Shown here one piece after another: positions 6,198 through 13,414 of a stretch of 15,193 nucleotides of DNA. The DNA comes from Candidatus Bathyarchaeia archaeon (GTDB lineage Archaea; Thermoproteota; Bathyarchaeia; Bathyarchaeales; Bathycorpusculaceae). Position numbers and translations under genes: made by a program. The DNA lies in NCBI GenBank assembly GCA_037481775.1, contig JBBFKZ010000029.1, forward strand, positions 1 to 15,193. Direction: 5' to 3'. How positions within the stretch are numbered: position 1 is the first letter of the stretch; the number at the start of each line of letters is the position of its first letter. The notes under the pieces were generated by a model. That model saw nothing but the letters and a program-made list of their open reading frames with translations. It did no database searches and was not told where the DNA came from.

Positions 6198-8414
6198 CTA
6201 TTCTGCTTCGAAGAATTCTTCTGGCTTCGGCGGTGTCGGCGGTAAGCCTCTTCGTTCTCTGATTTGCCGTATTACTTCGGCTTGCATTTGTTCGGGCACT
6301 GGCGCCCAGCGGCTGAATTGTGTAGCCCAGAAAGCTCTACCCTGTGTGGAAGAACGTAGCTCATCAGAAATTCCAAAGGATTCCGCAACTGGTAACTCAG
6401 CTTTGACGATTATCATGTCTTCTTCGTTTATCATGTCCAAGATTTTGCCGCGCCTTTTCTGGATTAAGGCTATAACTGGGCTGACGAACTCGTTTGGAAC
6501 CTTGCATTCAAAGCTCATCAAAGGTTCAAGAAGCTTTGGATCACTAAGCAAGAAAGCGCACCATATTGGGCGCCATGTCATAGGCAATATCTGTGCGGGG
6601 CCTCTGTGCACTGGGTCTTCGTGAACCAAAATGTCTTCCAAGTTAACTTTCAACCCGTAGGCGGGTTCTTTCGCTAAAACTGATGCATGCACTGCTTCAC
6701 GGAAGCCTGATTTTATGTGATCTAACACTTCATCCACATATTGTCTTCCCTTTATCCTGTTGACCAGTATGTTGCTTTCTTCGATTGCTATGACGTTTCT
6801 GGCATCCTCAGTTGACCATCCGAGCTCTCTGAGAACTTTCTGTCTTTCATCGCGGCTTTGCATCTCCGAGATCTTGTCTGCCCTTATTGCTTCAATAACT
6901 TCATCAGATAATTTCTCCAAAGTAATCCAGAGTTTACTGTGTTTGTTAGGACTCTTTCCCATTACTGGTGGGCCCCGGTAGTCATGGCTGATGGTTTCGC
7001 GGTAAATCACGATGGGTTTGCTGAGTTTCACTTTCAACCCTGCTTCTTGCATGCGGTACGCAGTAATTTCTAAGTGAAGTTCGCCCATGCCGCTTAATAG
7101 GAATTCTCCGCTTTCCTTATCCATCTTAAAATGTAAGTTAGGATCTTCCGTGGTAAGCTTATGGATAACCTTGTCGAACAACGGCAGATCTTTGACGTCT
7201 TCTGGCTCTACCGCGACAGTTACAACAGGGTCTGAAACGTATTTCAAGCCCTCAAACGGTGGAGTTTCCACGCCGTCTTCTGCAACAGTTTCGCCAACGT
7301 GAATTGACGGCAATCCTGACAGGGCAGCAATGTTCCCTGCGGGAACCCTGTCTACAATCACTCGGTCAGTGGCCATGCTCATGTAAACTTGCTGTATGGT
7401 GCCTTTTTGGCGGCTGCTTACAAGCTGAACTGTCTTTCCTTTTGATACCGAACCGCTGAAGACACGGCCTATCGCAACGGTGCCGCTGTGGGGATCAACC
7501 TCGATGGTAGTTATGCACATTAGAAGTGGCCCGTTGGGATCGACTTTCGCCATACTTTTGCCTGTTACACTGTCAGCGTCTCCTGGCCAAATCTGGCTTT
7601 GCCTGTACGGCTGAGCCTCCAGCGGGCTTGGGAGGTGCTCGCAGAACATGTCCAAAATCGGCTCGTAAAGTGGTGCTTTCTTGCTTAATTCGTCAACTTT
7701 CTTGCCAATTTCCTCTGGAGCGCCCGTGTAAGCGTCAATAATGTCTTTGAACGATATACCTTTAGCTTTCATGTGGGGGAGGTTTAAGCCCCATTTATGC
7801 AGTGCTGAGCCAAAGGCTACACGGCCATCTTCAACTTTGACTTGCCAGTCTTTCTTGTGTTCAGGTGGCGCGTACTTCTCGATAAGGGTGTTCACGCGTA
7901 CGATTATTTTGGCGAATTTGCGCTGAACTTCTTCTGGCGTTAACTTGATTTCTTTTATAAGCCTATCAACCTTGTTGATAAAAAGTATTGGTTTTACACG
8001 TTCACGGAGGGCTTGCATCAGCACTGTTTCTGTCTGCGTCATGGGACCTTCCACGGCATCTACAACGACGAGTGCACCGTCGACTGCACGGAGGCTTCTG
8101 GTTACGGCTCCACTGAAGTCTATGTGCCCAGGTGTATCGATAAGGTTGATGAGGTAATCTTTTCCTTTGAAGGTGTGAGTTAGACTAATGTTTGAGGCGA
8201 AAACTGTCATCTGCCGTTTCTGTTCAAGTTCCCATGAATCTAGAAACAGTTTCTGTCCTGCTGTTTGCGCGCTGATTATGCCTGCAGCGGCTAAGAGGCT
8301 GTCTGAAAGTGTGGTTTTCCCATGATCCACATGCGCGATTATGCTGGTGTTCCTGATAATTTCTGGGGTATTCATCAATTTGACGATGTCTTCAACCTGC
8401 TTATAGCGTGCCAT
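6198..8414 (-). CDS. fusA: Translation elongation factor aEF-2
   Basis: G1 AHVDHGKTT, G3 DTPGH, G4 NKVD, GMGELHLE, KSPNKH and the diphthamide loop HEDPVHRGPAQ; 738 aa. Confidence 0.95.
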   Translation of the reverse strand: MARYKQVEDIVKLMNTPEIIRNTSIIAHVDHGKTTLSDSLLAAAGIISAQTAGQKLFLDSWELEQKRQMTVFASNISLTHTFKGKDYLINLIDTPGHIDFSGAVTRSLRAVDGALVVVDAVEGPMTQTETVLMQALRERVKPILFINKVDRLIKEIKLTPEEVQRKFAKIIVRVNTLIEKYAPPEHKKDWQVKVEDGRVAFGSALHKWGLNLPHMKAKGISFKDIIDAYTGAPEEIGKKVDELSKKAPLYEPILDMFCEHLPSPLEAQPYRQSQIWPGDADSVTGKSMAKVDPNGPLLMCITTIEVDPHSGTVAIGRVFSGSVSKGKTVQLVSSRQKGTIQQVYMSMATDRVIVDRVPAGNIAALSGLPSIHVGETVAEDGVETPPFEGLKYVSDPVVTVAVEPEDVKDLPLFDKVIHKLTTEDPNLHFKMDKESGEFLLSGMGELHLEITAYRMQEAGLKVKLSKPIVIYRETISHDYRGPPVMGKSPNKHSKLWITLEKLSDEVIEAIRADKISEMQSRDERQKVLRELGWSTEDARNVIAIEESNILVNRIKGRQYVDEVLDHIKSGFREAVHASVLAKEPAYGLKVNLEDILVHEDPVHRGPAQILPMTWRPIWCAFLLSDPKLLEPLMSFECKVPNEFVSPVIALIQKRRGKILDMINEEDMIIVKAELPVAESFGISDELRSSTQGRAFWATQFSRWAPVPEQMQAEVIRQIRERRGLPPTPPKPEEFFEAE

Positions 8415-8619
8415 AACTATACAGTCTCCAATCTATCTAAGTTAACATCCAACATGTTTCTCAAAGCGAAATGCCATACTAACCCAAGCATCTTCGATTC
8501 TCTCTTAAAGGAGATAAGCTACATGGAAATAAAAACTGTCACCTATTAACTTTATGGCAATAGGACAAGCATTTGATGCGTTCCTATTCGTTTCGCGACA
8601 GCTGGCTTGACGAAAAAGA

Positions 8620-8671
8620 GGCTCCTACCAGTTTCGTCTGCCTCACTAAGCGGTTGGGTAATTAGGGAGCC
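8620..8671. ncRNA. Candidate structured RNA / long hairpin between fusA and the P-type ATPase
   Basis: GGCTCC (8620-8625) pairs with GGAGCC (8666-8671), with inner TACC/GGTA. On the minus strand a TTTAAA lies ~25-30 nt upstream and TCTTTTT immediately downstream. Confidence 0.3.
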
Positions 8672-8907
8672 AAAAAAGCCTTTCCGTCCGATTAGTTTAA
8701 ATCTAACCTTGATGCATGGCTAAAACTAATATCTTGAAGAATTGGTTTACTTTACAACAGGATGTGCTGTTGCGGATGCGAATGTACGTTCAGCCCGTTA
8801 CAAAAACAAGAAGCGACTTGGGTTTATGCGTCCTTTTAGCGGCAGCATCATTCAGCCATAATCCTGTTCCATCTTCGTGATTTGCCTAAGATTTTGGTGG
8901 GGAGTTT

Positions 8908-11646
8908 TTGGAAAAAGTTGCTTCTCTGGGTCTCAGCGAGGTTTTTGATGCTTTAGGCGCGTCACCTAATGGGTTAACCAGCGAAGAAGCAAAAATGCGT
9001 CTCAAAAAATACGGATACAACAGGCTCACCGAAAAACGGCAAATTCCATTCTTATACAAGTTTATCAAGCACTTCAAGGACTTGTTTGGCATACTGCTGC
9101 TTTTTGCAAGCGGGCTTTCCGCGTTAAGCGGCAACCTCGAATTAGCGCTGGTTATTCTCGCGGTGGTGTTCATTAACATTTTCTTCAGCCTGTTTCAAGA
9201 ATCACGCGCTGAGAAAGCGATGGAAACCATGAAAAGCTGGATGCCGGAGTACGCCAAAGTCATTCGTGACGGCGAGCTTAAAAAAATCTTGGTGAAGGAA
9301 ATTGTTCCAGGCGACATTATAGTTCTGGAGGAAGGCGACCGCGTTCCAGCAGATGCACGATTGATCGAGGCATACGATTTATGGACAAATAATGTGCCGT
9401 TGACAGGCGAATCTGAGCCTCAACCTCGAGTGGCTGAAGCAGGATCTATTGTTGAAAAGGCAGATTTACATTCGCCCTGTTTTGTTTTCATGAGCACCAG
9501 CGTTGCCAAGGGCAGGGGAAAAGCGGTAGTTTATGCTACAGGAATGAACACTCAATTTGGGCGCATAGCTAATTTAACGCAGACCATCCATGAAGAAGAA
9601 AGCCCGCTTCAGAAAGAAATTGCTTTAACAGCAAAGTACGACTTTGCAATCGCCATTATTGTAGGCACAGTTTTTTTCGCTGTTAGTGTGCTCATGTTTA
9701 ATGTTTCGCTTCCAAATGGAATTCTCTTCATGATCGGCGTCATGATTGCTTGTGTTCCTGAAGGATTGCAGGTTACAGTCTCAAGCGCCTTAGCCATTAA
9801 CGTTTTGAAAATGGCAAAACAGAATGTTCTAGTCAAGCGGTTATCTGCTGTTCAAACTTTGGGTAGCGTCACTGTAATTTGCACCGACAAGACTGGCACT
9901 ATAACAAAGGGCGAGATGACTGTTGAGAAATTATGGGTTAAAGACCATGTAGTGTCAGTGTCAGGAATAGGTTACAATCCAGAAGGCAACTTTTCCATTA
10001 ACGACAAACCGCTGCGTGAAGGTGAAGCAGCAGCTCTGGAAAAACTTCTTGAGGCAGTTGCGCTCTGTAACAGCGCTAAAATTGTTCCGCCCTCAGACAA
10101 GAACAGATCTTGGGGTGTTATTGGGGATCCGACTGATGGCGCGCTATTGGTTGCCGCGCTTAAGTATGGCTTGAATATTCAGGACGCCTTGGCTGAGAAG
10201 CCCATTATTGATGTTTTACCCTTTAACTTTGAGCGAAAACGGATGACTACAGTTCACAAGTTGAATGACGAGGTTTATGTTTACACGAAGGGCGCGCCAA
10301 GAAACATTCTCGATGTGTGCACGCATATTCTCATAAATGGCAAGGTAGAAGAATTAAATGAAGAGAATTTGGTGCAGGTAGAAAATAGGATTCACGAGTT
10401 CGCCAATGAAGGATTACGTATCATAGCTGTGGCATATAAAAAGATTAGAAGGTACACAAAAGGCGACGAAGTGGAGCGAGACATGACGCTTATCGGTTTA
10501 TGCGGCATGCGTGACCCGCCACGGCTTGAAGTTAAAGAGGCCGTTTTGAAGGCGAAGCAAGCAGGCATAAAAACCGTAATAATTACGGGCGATTATGGAC
10601 CTACCGCACAGTACATCGCTCAAGAAGTTGGTATTGTCGATGCGGCAAGCTGCGAAATTATCCGCGGCGTAGATTTGGAGGCTTTAAGCGACGACGACAT
10701 CGTGGCTCGTGTCAAGAAGGGGAATGTGATTTTTGCCCGTGTCTCGCCTGAACAGAAACTGCGTATCGTTAAGGCTTTGAGAGAAAGTGGTGAGATTGTA
10801 GCTGTTACCGGCGACGGCGCTAATGATGCACCTTCATTGAAGGAAGCAGATATCGGTGTAGCTATGGGCGCTTCTGGAACGGATGTTGCTCGTGAAGCGG
10901 CGGACATTGTCCTTTTGGATGATAGTTTTGAGTCAATAGTTAAGGCGGTTGAGTCTGGCCGCGCCATCTACGAGAACATCAGAAAGTTTATTGTTTATGT
11001 TTTCTCGCATAATTGGGCTCAACTGATTCCCTATGTACTTTACGTTCTGCTGGGGATCCCCCTGCCCCTGCTTGTAGTTCAGATTTTAGCCATAGATTTG
11101 GCGATAGATGTTATTCCTTCGTTGGCGCTTAGCCGTGAACCGCCTGAAGCCGGGATTATGCAAGAGCCACCGCGCAGCATCAAAGAGAGACTCTTTACCA
11201 CAAAGGTTCTTTTGCGGTCGCTTTACATCGGCGTGATAATAGCCTTTGGCGCGATCTTTGGCTGTTTAACCGCTTGGACAGCTGGCGGCTGGCGCCTTGG
11301 AGTGCCTCTGCCAGAGGATAGTCCAGTCTACATAAAAGGGGTTACTATGACCTTCGCGGGTATAGTTGTGGCCCAAGTTGGTAACGTTCTTGCTTGTCGA
11401 ACAAGCAAGACATCGGTGTTCAAAACGAAACTTTCAACCAATAAGTGGATAATATTGGGAATTATTGCTCAACTTTCCATTTTGTCAATTCTAATTTATG
11501 TTCCGTTTATGCAGCAAATCTTCAAGACAACTGCACTTGGCGTTTACGACTGGGCTTTTCTCGCTTCGCTTGCGTTGATAGTTGTTTTCGCCGAGGAAAT
11601 GCGAAAATTCTTTGCAAGACGCTTGTCTTCATCGCGTGGAAACTGA
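8908..11646 (+). CDS. Cation-transporting P-type ATPase, type II (P2C / Na,K- H,K-ATPase-like motifs)
   Basis: Motifs TGES, PEGL, DKTGT, KGAP, DPPR, TGD and GDGAND, plus multiple hydrophobic TM segments. TTG start with GGTGGGG upstream. Confidence 0.95.
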   Translation: MEKVASLGLSEVFDALGASPNGLTSEEAKMRLKKYGYNRLTEKRQIPFLYKFIKHFKDLFGILLLFASGLSALSGNLELALVILAVVFINIFFSLFQESRAEKAMETMKSWMPEYAKVIRDGELKKILVKEIVPGDIIVLEEGDRVPADARLIEAYDLWTNNVPLTGESEPQPRVAEAGSIVEKADLHSPCFVFMSTSVAKGRGKAVVYATGMNTQFGRIANLTQTIHEEESPLQKEIALTAKYDFAIAIIVGTVFFAVSVLMFNVSLPNGILFMIGVMIACVPEGLQVTVSSALAINVLKMAKQNVLVKRLSAVQTLGSVTVICTDKTGTITKGEMTVEKLWVKDHVVSVSGIGYNPEGNFSINDKPLREGEAAALEKLLEAVALCNSAKIVPPSDKNRSWGVIGDPTDGALLVAALKYGLNIQDALAEKPIIDVLPFNFERKRMTTVHKLNDEVYVYTKGAPRNILDVCTHILINGKVEELNEENLVQVENRIHEFANEGLRIIAVAYKKIRRYTKGDEVERDMTLIGLCGMRDPPRLEVKEAVLKAKQAGIKTVIITGDYGPTAQYIAQEVGIVDAASCEIIRGVDLEALSDDDIVARVKKGNVIFARVSPEQKLRIVKALRESGEIVAVTGDGANDAPSLKEADIGVAMGASGTDVAREAADIVLLDDSFESIVKAVESGRAIYENIRKFIVYVFSHNWAQLIPYVLYVLLGIPLPLLVVQILAIDLAIDVIPSLALSREPPEAGIMQEPPRSIKERLFTTKVLLRSLYIGVIIAFGAIFGCLTAWTAGGWRLGVPLPEDSPVYIKGVTMTFAGIVVAQVGNVLACRTSKTSVFKTKLSTNKWIILGIIAQLSILSILIYVPFMQQIFKTTALGVYDWAFLASLALIVVFAEEMRKFFARRLSSSRGN

Positions 11647-11700
11647 CATATTTACAAAGGCTTCATTGCCCGCAGATACCCTTTTTAGTATAGTAAAAAA

Positions 11701-11779
11701 GGCGGTGTTGTTGACCGTGGAAAACCATTGCCGTGATAGCCCCTCTATAGGTTTCTGCAATGAATCGCTAATAGCCGCC
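11701..11779. ncRNA. Candidate structured element / bidirectional terminator between convergent genes
   Basis: Nested stems GGCGG/CCGCC (11701-05/11775-79), CATTGC/GCAATG (11726-31/11757-62) and ATAG/CTAT (11736-39/11745-48). T6 follows on the minus strand. Confidence 0.3.
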
Positions 11780-11841
11780 AAATATGATGAGTTACGTAAC
11801 AATGACCTCTAGTTATTTAAAGTGGTGTGTTTCTGACGTCA

Positions 11842-12240
11842 TTAGGGTGGGGGTCTTTTTTGTGCGTATTGGTATCTGCGGGGTTTGCCTTCTCGGGTGA
11901 GTATGCCGTCTTTGACTAGGTCGATTAGGGCGTGGGCTACGGCGGTGCGGTCGTAGTGGAAGCCGCGTCGTGCCATTTCGCTGTGGACTTCGCTTAGGCC
12001 GCGTGGCTGGGCGAACCAGTTTTCTTCCCAGAGTTTTTGGATTACGCCTTTGCATGTTTCTGCGCGTGGTGGCGGCGCTTGGCGTTCGGTGAGGCGGGTG
12101 GTTTTCATGCGTTCGGTGACTGTGGCGAGGATTTTGTCTACGGCTGCTTGTAGCTGGTCTTCTTGTGATTCGATTTCGAATTCTATGTCGCCGATTTTCA
12201 TTTTTACGCGTATTGGGGGTTTTTGCGTTTTTTCTGTCAA
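11842..12240 (-). CDS. Uncharacterised small protein: N-terminal beta-hairpin/helix plus C-terminal winged helix-turn-helix
   Basis: The C-terminal WFAQPRGLSEVHSEM..RGFHYDRTAVAHALIDLVKDGILTREGKPRRYQY reads as a wHTH. TTG start with RBS AGGTGG. Confidence 0.75.
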   Translation of the reverse strand: MTEKTQKPPIRVKMKIGDIEFEIESQEDQLQAAVDKILATVTERMKTTRLTERQAPPPRAETCKGVIQKLWEENWFAQPRGLSEVHSEMARRGFHYDRTAVAHALIDLVKDGILTREGKPRRYQYAQKRPPP

Positions 12241-12249
12241 GTTGCCACC

Positions 12250-12359
12250 TGTTGTTTATTGTATTGTGCAAGATGCGCATGCACAACACTTAAATAGCAC
12301 ATTTAAACCTTATTGACTATTGGTGAATTTAGTGATTGAACAATATACAATAACAACAA
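12250..12359. promoter_or_regulatory. Divergent promoter with nested inverted repeats
   Basis: TTGTGCA-N9-TGCACAA (12264-12286) and TTAAAT-AGCAC-ATTTAA (12290-12306, back-to-back TATA-like boxes). Imperfect outer inverted repeat 12250-12267 / 12340-12359. Confidence 0.55.
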
Positions 12360-13414
12360 CATCCAAATATAACTTTCCACAATCCACCACCGACACAACG
12401 CTAACTCAACGATTTTTAGAACTCAGCCTTCATTCGCTCAAGCAAGTGCACAACACAACTTTTCAATTAAATCAACAAACTTTTCAACAATTCTGCAATT
12501 TAGAGCAAACACCGCAACACATGCAACTCAAGCGCACACCAATACTGCTCAAAGCAAACCACACGGAAACAACCATCGCAGCCGTAGACACATCCACAAT
12601 AAAAATCGGCGAAACAAGCAAGGGCATCATAGTCGCCATCCGCGGTGCTACCGTCCGCAAACAAAAATGCACCTACCACTACAAGCGCCTCGGCCCATTC
12701 ATATTCCATATCACCGAAGAAAACAAAAAAGAAGTCTACAACACACTTGAAGCAGCATGCTTCCACACACATGCCGCAAGCAGCCACCAAGCAGCGCCAA
12801 ATATACTGCAGATGCCCACGCGCTTGGCCGCCTTGCTGGAACGATGGCTACAGTCAATGCTTGCAAGAACCATAACCGACGCGCTACTGCTTTTCGATGG
12901 GTCTCTAACCGCAGGAACATTCGACACGCCAGTACAACGCATGAAAGAAATCCTCGACGCAGCAAGAAGAAACAGCAATATGGTTCTTGCATTCTCAAAA
13001 ATGACTACGCTAAGAGTTAACGGATACCTCATCACCGACCTGCTTCCAGAGCATGAACCCCCATACCTTCTGGAAACCTCAGGCCTGCAATTCAAGCCGC
13101 CGACAGTGCCGCTTGGCGAAGTTTACGTAGCACGACTTAACAGGGCAAGCTACGCCTTCCGCCTAGACATCGACAGAGACATCACCTACCAGCAGAAAAT
13201 AGAAGCCGTAGAGAAACTCTTGGGCAACGACTTGTGCATGCAGAGCTACCCCGAAACACTACGTTTGGCGCATATTTTATGCACGTTCACAGCAAACGAA
13301 GTGCTTGCAATGCAGCATTTCATCACTCGCAAGCACGGCATAAAGATGATTAACCGACCGGACATGCATCGCCTCTTATTCGGCCCCTTCGGCAAAGGAG
13401 AAACTTATGCATGA
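12332..13414 (+). CDS. nurA: NurA-family nuclease (RNase H-like fold)
   Basis: IAAVDTS (AVDGS-like), LLLFDGSL, LAFSK and YPETLRLAH (GYP..L..AH-like) motifs. The start is probably GTG 12332, after RBS GGTGA (ORF track: TTG 12320). The stop overlaps the herA start (ATGA). Confidence 0.8.
   Translation: MIEQYTITTTSKYNFPQSTTDTTLTQRFLELSLHSLKQVHNTTFQLNQQTFQQFCNLEQTPQHMQLKRTPILLKANHTETTIAAVDTSTIKIGETSKGIIVAIRGATVRKQKCTYHYKRLGPFIFHITEENKKEVYNTLEAACFHTHAASSHQAAPNILQMPTRLAALLERWLQSMLARTITDALLLFDGSLTAGTFDTPVQRMKEILDAARRNSNMVLAFSKMTTLRVNGYLITDLLPEHEPPYLLETSGLQFKPPTVPLGEVYVARLNRASYAFRLDIDRDITYQQKIEAVEKLLGNDLCMQSYPETLRLAHILCTFTANEVLAMQHFITRKHGIKMINRPDMHRLLFGPFGKGETYA

Noticed and set aside
8415-8530. Structured EF-2 5' leader
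   Set aside because: Only short 4-5 bp AU-rich stems were found, which is not enough to call a structure.
8626-8651. Hammerhead-like core on the minus strand (CTTAGTGAG...GACGAAAC)
   Set aside because: It does not match CUGANGA, stem II is about 1 bp, and there is no proper stem III or NUH site.
8635-8690. Fluoride-riboswitch-like AACCGC...GCAGACGA on the minus strand
   Set aside because: It lacks the 5' GGNGAUGG/pseudoknot elements, and the downstream gene (fusA) does not fit.
8716-8880. 54-aa + strand ORF (MAKTNILKNWF...)
   Set aside because: No recognisable motif or RBS; consistent with a chance intergenic ORF.
11813-12289. 158-aa Arg/Pro-rich minus-strand ORF, plus ORFs 12500-12790, 12645-12875, 12711-12998 and 12736-13095
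   Set aside because: These are shadow frames of the wHTH and nurA genes, kept open by the extreme compositional skew that depletes stop codons.
12290-12320. dif site or ORB origin element
   Set aside because: The arms are only 6 bp with a 5-nt spacer, whereas dif needs ~11-6-11. There is no ORB G-string repeat or cdc6 nearby, and back-to-back TATA boxes explain it.
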